Of a DNA stretch of 64,000 nucleotides, positions 56,638 through 64,000 are shown in pieces (position 1 is the stretch's first letter; every line of letters starts with the position of its first letter). Source of the stretch: Candidatus Nanohalococcus occultus (GTDB lineage Archaea > Nanohalarchaeota > Nanosalinia > Nanosalinales > Nanosalinaceae); NCBI RefSeq assembly GCF_029207735.1, contig NZ_CP104395.1, positions 414,692-478,691 of the forward strand, in the 5' to 3' direction. Under the pieces are notes generated by a model. The model was not told the DNA's origin. It did no database searches and saw only the letters and a program-made list of their open reading frames with translations. Made by a program: the position numbers and the translations under genes.

Positions 56638-56981
56638 GCTTGATTATTGCCGTAACTCTAGGAGTGCTTTTCGCCTCAGGAACGTATCTTATACTTAGAA
56701 AGGATGCTTTAAGAGTTGTTATCGGAGCCTTGATTCTAAGCCAGGTTGCGAACATTTACTTGATGGCTATGGGCGGAACAAAAGGAGGTGTACCTATAAT
56801 CAGTCACGGCTCTCATGGTCATGGCGTGCTAAATGTCTCTGATCCGCTACCGCAGGCAATGGTTCTTACAGCCATAGTTATAGGTTTCGCAACCACGAGC
56901 TTTCTTTTGAGTCTTATCTACCGTTTTTACGAGGAAAATCAGGAGATAGATCTTGAATCACTTGGAGAGGAACACGCATGA
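56634..56981 (+). CDS. mrpC: Mrp antiporter subunit C (NuoK-like)
   Basis: 115 aa, 3 TM helices; ATGA overlap. Confidence 0.75.
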   Translation: MSLIIAVTLGVLFASGTYLILRKDALRVVIGALILSQVANIYLMAMGGTKGGVPIISHGSHGHGVLNVSDPLPQAMVLTAIVIGFATTSFLLSLIYRFYEENQEIDLESLGEEHA

Positions 56982-58510
56982 ACAATTTAATAATCACGGC
57001 TTTTTTAATACCTTTAATTACAGCAGTTGGGTCTGTTCTGCTAAGAAAAACCCGTTTTAAAGATGGTTTAAGTATAACAGGTTCGTTGCTGTATGTTACA
57101 GCTGTCTTGGCGTTGGCTCAACGGGTTTTGGGTTCTGGCAGTATGGTGTTCCAAGCAGGTGGTTGGCCGGCGCCGTTTGGAATATCGTTTGTGGCAGATG
57201 AACTGGCAGTTCTAATGCTGGGGTTAACCGCTCTTGTCTCGACGGCGGCGAACCTGTATTCGGTCTCGTCTATATCTGAACAGGGGAAGGAAAACGGTTA
57301 CTTTGTGTTCTTCCATTTCATGGTCGCAGGTATGACCGGCGCGTTCCTCACAGCGGATCTGTTTAACCTGTTTGTAATGTTTGAGATTGTCTTGATGTCG
57401 AGCTATGCGATGGTTGCCTACACCGGCACGAAAAGAGCGCTTTTCACCTCTCTGAAATACGTTGTCTTGAACCTGATCGGGTCCACGCTGATGCTTATCG
57501 CAATAGGAGGTCTCTACTCAGTTACCGGAACAGTCAACATGGCCCACATGGCACGGATCTTGGCGGCAGGAGAGGTCAACATGGTGCCTGTTCTCGGGCT
57601 TTCAACAGTCTTGTTCTGCGTCTTCGGAATCAAATCCGGTATCGTACCCTTCCAGTTCTGGGTTCCAACTGTTTACAGTAACTCTCCTCCACCTGCCGCA
57701 GCCATGATGGCCGGTATCTCGAAAAAGGTCGGGATTTACGCAGTTATCAGACTCTACTTTACGGTCTTCTCACAGGCCGCTGTCCCGGGATCAGCACTGG
57801 TTTTCCAAGGCCAGTCAGTCTCCACAGTTACAGGAGGACTGATTCTTTTACTGGCACTCATTACCGTAGTTTTCGGCGGAATAGGCGCTGTAAACCGTGA
57901 CCGGCTTGAAAAGCTTCTGTCTTACTCGAGTATCGGCCAGGTGGGATTCATCTACGTACCTATCGCATTAGGTTTAATCCATGGGTCGAAAATCGCAGTT
58001 ATAGCCGCAATTGTATACATGCTCAACCACGGTCTAGCCAAATCATCTCTTTTCATGATAAACGGTGTTTTAGATAGAATAACTGGAACTACCAAGATCA
58101 GTGAGCTAGGAGGTATCAGCGAAAGATCCATTTGGTTGACAGCAGTGTTTTCAGTTTCGATGCTCTCTTTAGTAGGTTTTCCTCCGCTTTTAGGATTTTT
58201 CTCCAAGTTCCTGGTGTTTAACACAGCGGTTTCAACCGCTTCATGGATCTCACTCGCATTTGTTTTCCTGGGAGCTGTTCTAACTCTGTTATATGCCTCT
58301 AAAACGATCATGTCGGTGTTTTTCGGGCAGAAAATTGAGACTGATGGAGACATATTATTGCTTGAAAAAGCAGCGATCACGCTTTTGGCGGCTGGAATAC
58401 TAGCTCTGGGCATAGGATTTGAACAGACTTATGTTTTCGCCGAGTTAGCAGCAGAAAATGTCTTACAGCCTGAAACCTACATTGAAACCGTTCTAGGTGG
58501 TACAAAATGA
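56978..58510 (+). CDS. mrpD: Mrp antiporter subunit D (NuoM/N-like)
   Basis: 510 aa, 14 TM helices, conserved NuoN-like motifs. Confidence 0.8.
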   Translation: MNNLIITAFLIPLITAVGSVLLRKTRFKDGLSITGSLLYVTAVLALAQRVLGSGSMVFQAGGWPAPFGISFVADELAVLMLGLTALVSTAANLYSVSSISEQGKENGYFVFFHFMVAGMTGAFLTADLFNLFVMFEIVLMSSYAMVAYTGTKRALFTSLKYVVLNLIGSTLMLIAIGGLYSVTGTVNMAHMARILAAGEVNMVPVLGLSTVLFCVFGIKSGIVPFQFWVPTVYSNSPPPAAAMMAGISKKVGIYAVIRLYFTVFSQAAVPGSALVFQGQSVSTVTGGLILLLALITVVFGGIGAVNRDRLEKLLSYSSIGQVGFIYVPIALGLIHGSKIAVIAAIVYMLNHGLAKSSLFMINGVLDRITGTTKISELGGISERSIWLTAVFSVSMLSLVGFPPLLGFFSKFLVFNTAVSTASWISLAFVFLGAVLTLLYASKTIMSVFFGQKIETDGDILLLEKAAITLLAAGILALGIGFEQTYVFAELAAENVLQPETYIETVLGGTK

Positions 58511-58995
58511 GAAAATGGGTTCTTTACGCCTTTCCTATGGCAGTAGCATGGATGTTTGTAAACGCAACATTTGATGGATCTTCTTTCATACAGGGATTGG
58601 TGGTTTCGCTGCCGGTTTCCTATGTTTTCCGGAGGTTCCATCCCGGTGGCTGTAAACTAATCGATCTTGGTAACATGGTTTACGTTCCAAGATATCTTGC
58701 TAGCTTCACCAAAGAGCTTTTCGCAGCTAACGTAGATACGACATGCCGGGTTCTACATCCATCCAAACCGATTGATCCGCAGATGATGAGATACCACACC
58801 TCCCTGGAGAACCCTGTGGCGATAACAGTGCTTGCGAACTCGATTACCCTGACTCCGGGAACACTGGTAGTTGATTTCTTCAATGACAGCTATGATTTCA
58901 GGATCAATGTACTTTCCGGCGACGTAGAAGGAACCCGGGAAACGGTGGAAAACTGGGAGAGACAGCTTTCGAAAATTTTCGGTGATGGACAATGA
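58507..58995 (+). CDS. mrpE: Mrp antiporter subunit E
   Basis: 162 aa MnhE-like; ATGA overlap. Confidence 0.65.
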   Translation: MRKWVLYAFPMAVAWMFVNATFDGSSFIQGLVVSLPVSYVFRRFHPGGCKLIDLGNMVYVPRYLASFTKELFAANVDTTCRVLHPSKPIDPQMMRYHTSLENPVAITVLANSITLTPGTLVVDFFNDSYDFRINVLSGDVEGTRETVENWERQLSKIFGDGQ

Positions 58996-59252
58996 TAATA
59001 GAGACAGCGCTAACAGTTACCGCGGCTTTAACCCTTCTATGTAGCTACAGAGTGATTAAAGGCCCGAGTGTTGCCGATAGAGCGGTCGCCCTCGACACCA
59101 TAGGCACCAATATCGTAGCCCTGGCTTTGATCTACTCAGTAGTCACCCATCAAAAATACTTTGTGAACGTCAGTCTGATGCTGGCGATAACAGGTTTCAT
59201 AGCTACTGTAGCCAGCTCAATGTACCTTAAAGAAGGTGATATAATCCGATGA
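58992..59252 (+). CDS. mrpF: Mrp antiporter subunit F
   Basis: 86 aa, MnhF-like (RVIKGPSVADR). Confidence 0.65.
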   Translation: MIIETALTVTAALTLLCSYRVIKGPSVADRAVALDTIGTNIVALALIYSVVTHQKYFVNVSLMLAITGFIATVASSMYLKEGDIIR

Positions 59253-59527
59253 TAGTAGAGTCTTTAATCAGTCTAGGAGTTCTCTTCCTCGCAGTCGGAG
59301 CGATAGGACTGGTTCGCTTCGAGACTGTTTTCAGCCGTATGCATGCGGCTTCCGCTGCTACAACACTGGGGACGGGCATGATTGTGATCGCGACAGCTGT
59401 TGATTTCTACCCTGATCCAACCTGGCTTTCCACACTGGTTGTCACCGTATTCCTGTTCATCACCGCTCCGACAGGCGCACACTTGATCGCACGCGCAATC
59501 GACATCCAGCAGTTCAGGGAAGAATAA
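59249..59527 (+). CDS. mrpG: Mrp antiporter subunit G
   Basis: 92 aa, MnhG-like. Confidence 0.65.
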   Translation: MIVESLISLGVLFLAVGAIGLVRFETVFSRMHAASAATTLGTGMIVIATAVDFYPDPTWLSTLVVTVFLFITAPTGAHLIARAIDIQQFREE

Positions 59528-59555
59528 TTTTTAGGCTAAACACCAAATCTGGCTT

Positions 59556-59768
59556 ATGGAAAAATCGTTCAAAAGCTTCCTTGAAGAGCTTTTCCTCAGT
59601 CTTTTTGCCATGACAGCGACAGCGATGGTTTTCGCAGGACTGTTTTTCCTCGGAGACCGGTTCAGTATCGGTTTCCTACAGTCAAATGCAGGTATAATCG
59701 TCAGCACCTTGATCTTAGGCGAAGTATTTTTCTTCACAGTTCTGGGTTATATGGTTTTGAAGGGCTGA
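59556..59768 (+). CDS. Small membrane protein trailing the mrp operon
   Basis: 70 aa, two hydrophobic helices. Confidence 0.3.
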   Translation: MEKSFKSFLEELFLSLFAMTATAMVFAGLFFLGDRFSIGFLQSNAGIIVSTLILGEVFFFTVLGYMVLKG

Positions 59769-59780
59769 CGGGTAACTGTT

Positions 59781-60650
59781 TTGAAAACCCTCCGCACTTC
59801 TGTTAACATGAATCTAAGACTAGGAGCGCACGTATCTATCTCGGGCGGAATGGACAAAGCAATCGAACGGCAGGAAGAGATCGGAGGTAACTGCGGGCAG
59901 ATATTCGCAGGCAGCCCACGGACATGGAGTGTCTCAGAGTATACCGACGAAGAAGGTCAGAGCTTCCAGGATCTACGGGATGAAAAAGACCAGAACCCGT
60001 ATGTAATCCACTCAACCTATCTTGTGAACCTTGCTACTCCTAAAGACGACTTGTTCGAAAAATCCTTGAACTGCCTTCAGGCCGAACTGGATGCGGCCGG
60101 AAAGCTCGGAGTGGAGTTCGTCGTCTTCCACCCTGGCGCACACACCGGAAGCGGACGTGAAAACGGCATCGAGCGAATCGCTGAGGGAATCGACGAACTG
60201 GATATTCCCGGAAACGTAACCTTGCTACTGGAAAACACGGCCGGTAAAGGAACCACGCTCGGACGCTCCATGGGAGAGCTACGTCAGATGATCGATCACG
60301 CGGACACGCCGAATGAGAAGATCGGAGTGTGTATCGATACCTGCCACGCACACGCAGCCGGATACGAGCTTAGAGAACAGGAAGGATTCGAAGACTTCCT
60401 CCAGGAGATCAAAGAAGACGTAGGGCTTGAAAGAATCAAGGTTCTACATTTAAACGATTCAAAGGACGAGAAGGGAAGCGAAAAGGACAACCACGAACAC
60501 ATCGGCGATGGAAACATAGGCGAAGACGGATTCCGAAATGTTGTCAACGCTGAAGAGTTCGAAAAGCTTCCAATGGTTCTGGAAACTCCTACAAGCAACG
60601 GAAAGAGCTACAAGGAGAATCTGGAGAAAATTAAAGAGCTGAAGAGGTAA
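59781..60650 (+). CDS. nfo: Endonuclease IV (AP endonuclease family 2)
   Basis: HVSISGG..., FVVFHPGAHTG, CIDTCHAHAAGY, LHLNDSKD metal-binding motifs. Confidence 0.85.
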   Translation: MKTLRTSVNMNLRLGAHVSISGGMDKAIERQEEIGGNCGQIFAGSPRTWSVSEYTDEEGQSFQDLRDEKDQNPYVIHSTYLVNLATPKDDLFEKSLNCLQAELDAAGKLGVEFVVFHPGAHTGSGRENGIERIAEGIDELDIPGNVTLLLENTAGKGTTLGRSMGELRQMIDHADTPNEKIGVCIDTCHAHAAGYELREQEGFEDFLQEIKEDVGLERIKVLHLNDSKDEKGSEKDNHEHIGDGNIGEDGFRNVVNAEEFEKLPMVLETPTSNGKSYKENLEKIKELKR

Positions 60651-60758
60651 AACCTCTCTCATTATTTTTTCTATCTGAAGGCAACTCCTTTTTAAAACTC
60701 GCAGCGGTTTTAATGTATTATAGGCCTATCACAGGCTTTTTCTCCAGTAACTGGAGGT

Positions 60759-61271
60759 TTGACATTAATGACAGAAATTCACAGTTCACAGAGAGTTGGC
60801 GTCTTCGTAGACGTCCAAAACTTATACTACAGCGCAAAAAATCTATATGAAGCAAAGGTAGACTTTGAGAAGCTCTTAAACGCAGCGGTTATGAACCGCG
60901 ATTTGGTAAGGGCCTCAGCCTACGTTATCAAGGGCGATACCCCGGGGGAAAATGATTTCTTCGAAGCACTTCGCGGTATTGGTTACGAAGTCCACGTTAA
61001 GGAGCTAAAGGAGTTCTACGGTGGAGCCAAGAAAGGCGACTGGGATCTCGGCATGACTGTTGATATGATCCAGCAGGCCAAGAACTTGGATACCGTTGTT
61101 CTTGTAACTGGAGACGGAGACTTCGCAGTGCTTGTCGACCACTTGAAGTCGATGGGATGCCGAGTCGAAGTCATGAGCTTCGGAAAGTCCAGTGCCAAGG
61201 AGCTACGGGAGGCATCGGACAACTTCATCGACATGGACGATAAACCTAACAAGTTTCTGGTAGATAAATAA
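60759..61271 (+). CDS. NYN-domain (LabA-like, PIN-related) protein
   Basis: VGVFVDVQNLYY and VVLVTGDGDFAVLV acidic motifs. Confidence 0.7.
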   Translation: MTLMTEIHSSQRVGVFVDVQNLYYSAKNLYEAKVDFEKLLNAAVMNRDLVRASAYVIKGDTPGENDFFEALRGIGYEVHVKELKEFYGGAKKGDWDLGMTVDMIQQAKNLDTVVLVTGDGDFAVLVDHLKSMGCRVEVMSFGKSSAKELREASDNFIDMDDKPNKFLVDK

Positions 61272-61274
61272 ACC

Positions 61275-62432
61275 ATGAAATCAGCATCAGAGCTTTCGGC
61301 CAGCGAAGTCATGGAAAAAGACTTTATCGCAGCCGAGGAAGACAGTTCCCTGGCAAGCATCAAAAACACGATGGAGGAAAACGATCTCCGAGCTATCCCG
61401 GTTGTAGACGAGAAAAACAACCTGGAAGGTGCCATAGGGTACAGAGACCTGGTGAGACAGATCCAGTTCAACCCGGATTCGGCGAAAATCGAGAAGGTGA
61501 TGCATCAGCCACCTGAGTTCGAGGCTGAAGACTCACTTATCGAGTTAGCCGAGCTGAGGATCAACTCGGGACGGAAACTGATGGTTCACACTGAAGGCAA
61601 CAAGCTGAAGGGAGTGATATCTGATTTAGAGTTCCTGAATGCGTTCAAAGGCCTTGATCAGTTCGATGATGTAACAACAATGGATCTCGGACCGATCGAG
61701 CTGGTTACAACCTTCGAGGAAGATTCAATCGAGGAAGCACGTCACAAGATGCTGGATAACAATGTCTCAAGGCTTCCGGTACTTGACAAGGACGGGAACC
61801 TCACAGGGATTGTTACAAGTACGGACATGCTAAAGGTTCTTATCCCAAGAGAGTCTCCGGACTCGGGAGGAACCAAGGGCGGACGAACCGGTGGAGAGGT
61901 ATTTATCGCCGGCGGAGACGAAAAGGACTCGCTCAACGACATCACGGTAAACGAGATCATGAACCGGATGGTTACCACGAGCGAAGGCCATATCTCAGGT
62001 GACGAGGCTATCGAGAAAATGGCTGAAAACGACACCCGTGAAATGCTCGTAGTCGATGGAAACTACCCGCAGACCATTGTCACAGTCAAGGACTTCATCG
62101 ACTATCTCAGCGAGTTCGCAGAGGACGAAACAGTTTTAGTCTCACTCGTAGGTCTGGATGTAGCCGAGGAAAAGGCCGCGGTACATCAGAAAGTTAGAAA
62201 GCAGATCAGAGGATCGCTTGGCCGGAAGCTTGATAGACCGGAAGAACTCAAGTTACGGTTCAAAAAGGCTGAGAAAGACGGAAAGAAACACCGATACGAG
62301 GTATCCGTCCAGCTAGTAACCGATGACTATGTCATCAACGTTGATGAGGAAGACTGGGATCTGCTCGATGTAGTGGATCAGGCTCTCTCCGAGCTAGATA
62401 CGCTTGTCAAAAAGGAGACCGGAAGGGACTAA
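61275..62432 (+). CDS. CBS-domain protein (four CBS repeats)
   Basis: Repeated hydrophobic-Gly-hydrophobic CBS patterns (e.g. LEGAIGYRDLV, LKGVISDLEFL, LTGIVTSTDML). Confidence 0.7.
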   Translation: MKSASELSASEVMEKDFIAAEEDSSLASIKNTMEENDLRAIPVVDEKNNLEGAIGYRDLVRQIQFNPDSAKIEKVMHQPPEFEAEDSLIELAELRINSGRKLMVHTEGNKLKGVISDLEFLNAFKGLDQFDDVTTMDLGPIELVTTFEEDSIEEARHKMLDNNVSRLPVLDKDGNLTGIVTSTDMLKVLIPRESPDSGGTKGGRTGGEVFIAGGDEKDSLNDITVNEIMNRMVTTSEGHISGDEAIEKMAENDTREMLVVDGNYPQTIVTVKDFIDYLSEFAEDETVLVSLVGLDVAEEKAAVHQKVRKQIRGSLGRKLDRPEELKLRFKKAEKDGKKHRYEVSVQLVTDDYVINVDEEDWDLLDVVDQALSELDTLVKKETGRD

Positions 62433-62791
62433 CGCCCTTCCTGATTTTTCATTTTTTCCAGTTTCTCATTTGTCGAAATCCCATACTTCTCAGCCACTCT
62501 CTCAAACGCTACAGCCGCATAAATCATGTAAATGAATACAGCGACAAGCAGCAGGTAGAGCGGAAGACTGGCGTACTGTACTCCGGATAAAATCGAGTTA
62601 TACATCATGAAGTACGAGACGTAGAGAAGTAAAAGGGAGATCGCCATCATAAACCTCTTAGAAAACTCCTGGATCGCTTGCTCTTCAATACCTTTGAAGG
62701 TAGTGTACACGATGAAAAAGCAGATCGCTCCAATCGCAAGCGTTCCTGAGGTATTTATCGCGAATACTATCTCTCCAACTGTCATAAACAT
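62429..62791 (-). CDS. Small membrane protein
   Basis: 120 aa, 3-4 TM helices. Confidence 0.4.
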   Translation of the reverse strand: MFMTVGEIVFAINTSGTLAIGAICFFIVYTTFKGIEEQAIQEFSKRFMMAISLLLLYVSYFMMYNSILSGVQYASLPLYLLLVAVFIYMIYAAVAFERVAEKYGISTNEKLEKMKNQEGR

Positions 62792-62820
62792 GAAATTTTC
62801 AATCCTTTTTTAAATAACTT

Positions 62821-63774
62821 CTAAATAAGCCAGGCCAGTACCGCAATCAAAACAAGCACCGCTCCGGCCACAGGAATCAAACTATTCATCTTCTTGGCTT
62901 TAACCTGCTTGTAGTACGTCTCCGGTTTCAATCCCAGTGTCTTGAAGGTTAAAGTTCCTGCTACAAGTATTCCCAGCATGTTAGCAAATGCTATGGCTGC
63001 TGCGGATAGCGCCGCTGAGAAAGCAGTGTTTGCGACCGATAGACCGGCTGCGGCTAGTGGAGGCACAAGCGCTATCGCAACAGCTACACCGGCTACCTGA
63101 TCCTGCCGACCCGTCGCAGATGTCAATGATGCTGCGGCTCCTACCAGAAACGCCAGGAAAACGTTCAAAACGGTGAACTCGGTGAAAAGCCCGAGCAAAC
63201 CGCTTGGCTCGAAAAACAGTCCGGGAACTGTCGAAGCCAGTAGAACAACTCCCGCGCTTAAAAGAGAAGTTCTAATAGATTTTTTCATCAAAGAAACATC
63301 GCCGACCGTCAAAGATATTGATGCGGCTACAAGAGGTGATAAGAGCGGTGCGAACATCATCGCGCCTATAACAACTATCGTGTTGTCCATGGTGACCCCA
63401 AGCGCTGCTACCAGACCAGAGATAACTGTTAGGCCCCATTCAGCCCGGCTGAAACCTGAAAACTCCTGTGCTTGTGAGTATATCTCTTGCTGAGATAGAT
63501 CGGTTGAGCCTCCTTTGGTCTCCCGACCTTTCTCGATCAAGGATTCCTGTTCAAGTATTCTTATGTAGAGATCTCCGCTTTTCAGCGATGAAATGGACTT
63601 TAGATCCTCAGTTATGCTATCTACTTTGTCCTCTTCAGTTGTCAGGGAAAACTCTTTGAACTCTCTGTCCTTTTTCTCTACCTGTTTGGAGGAAACATCG
63701 TTTGAGTAGCCTTCAAGTACTTCGGCGACTCTTTCGGTTTCTTTCTCCGGTACGGTTACCTGTAGCTGTCGCAC
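62821..63774 (-). CDS. Membrane protein, DUF389-like (soluble N-domain plus about 6 TM helices)
   Basis: N-terminal 110-aa soluble acidic domain then a Gly/Ala-rich TM bundle. Confidence 0.4.
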   Translation of the reverse strand: MRQLQVTVPEKETERVAEVLEGYSNDVSSKQVEKKDREFKEFSLTTEEDKVDSITEDLKSISSLKSGDLYIRILEQESLIEKGRETKGGSTDLSQQEIYSQAQEFSGFSRAEWGLTVISGLVAALGVTMDNTIVVIGAMMFAPLLSPLVAASISLTVGDVSLMKKSIRTSLLSAGVVLLASTVPGLFFEPSGLLGLFTEFTVLNVFLAFLVGAAASLTSATGRQDQVAGVAVAIALVPPLAAAGLSVANTAFSAALSAAAIAFANMLGILVAGTLTFKTLGLKPETYYKQVKAKKMNSLIPVAGAVLVLIAVLAWLI

Positions 63775-63804
63775 ACTGAGTGTTCCGGCTCGGAGTTTAA
63801 ATCT

Positions 63805-64000
63805 TCAGGCCTTGATGTTCAGCTTTCCGGACTCGTAGGCACCTAGCAGCTGGGAGGCCATCCCTGACTGTTTTGTCAATGAGATCTCTCCTTTCTTCCC
63901 AACGGTTGCGGTAAACAGGAACTCGCTGCCATCGTAGACATCTACTTCCTCGCCGGCATGCTTTTTGCCGATGCTGATGATAACCGAGTTACCTCTTTCC
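63805..64000 (-). CDS. Partial ORF (C-terminus only); gene enters from beyond the window end
   Basis: Open minus-strand frame ...GEEVDVYDGSEFLFTATVGKKGEISLTKQSGMASQLLGAYESGKLNIKA* ending at TGA 63805-63807. Confidence 0.25.
   Translation of the reverse strand, partial: ERGNSVIISIGKKHAGEEVDVYDGSEFLFTATVGKKGEISLTKQSGMASQLLGAYESGKLNIKA

Noticed and set aside
1-64000. CRISPR arrays, rRNA genes, transposases/IS elements
   Set aside because: No short regularly spaced direct repeats, no rRNA-like conserved stretches and no DDE-transposase-like ORFs were seen by eye. An exhaustive repeat computation was not possible.

Overview
This 64-kb window reads as a contiguous stretch of an archaeal chromosome. 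Many products are strongly acidic, rich in Asp and Glu, which points to a salt-in halophile. By eye the GC content is roughly 45-50%. Archaeal markers include TFB, proteasome alpha, class I LysRS, an Mrp antiporter, and an exosome cluster (Rrp4, Rrp41, Rrp42). Halobacteria lack an exosome, so a small-genome, DPANN- or Nanohaloarchaeota-like halophile is more likely. That lineage call is inference only.

The left end carries the classic archaeal exosome superoperon on the minus strand: psmA, SBDS, Rrp4, Rrp41, Rrp42, L37ae, then the start of rpoP. A receiver-domain gene and a frameshifted HD-domain gene sit between SBDS and Rrp4.

The rest of the window holds mostly housekeeping, membrane and surface genes, including HtpX, LemA, an S2P protease, a 2Fe-2S ferredoxin, rhomboid, TraB, MscS and an APC permease. 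There is also an ATGA-coupled operon of two RND half-transporters plus a CARDB surface protein, with a divergent TetR regulator. Other housekeeping and redox genes include pyruvate kinase, GlmS, PIMT, SOD, a complete mrpA-G cluster, Nfo, and NYN and CBS proteins.

Six tRNA genes are present, three of them with introns:
- tRNA-Ile with an apparent UAU anticodon.
- tRNA-Ala(CGC) with a 76-nt intron.
- tRNA-Trp(CCA) with a 163-nt, highly structured intron.
- tRNA-Ala(GGC), tRNA-Glu(CUC) and tRNA-Leu(UAG), all unspliced.

Accessory content is concentrated in three places:
- An AT-richer, degraded island directly beside tRNA-Leu (about 38.7-42.3 kb). It holds an N-terminal tyrosine-integrase fragment, an RHH/HTH module, frameshifted gene remnants, and an exact 83-bp tandem duplication that truncates a gene.
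- A convergent pair of a C5 DNA methyltransferase and an uncharacterised protein with a PD-ExK-like motif, a candidate type II restriction-modification system.
- A translationally coupled pair: a wHTH protein plus a 407-aa protein with an N-terminal PD-DxK nuclease motif.

No CRISPR array, rRNA gene or intact transposase was seen.
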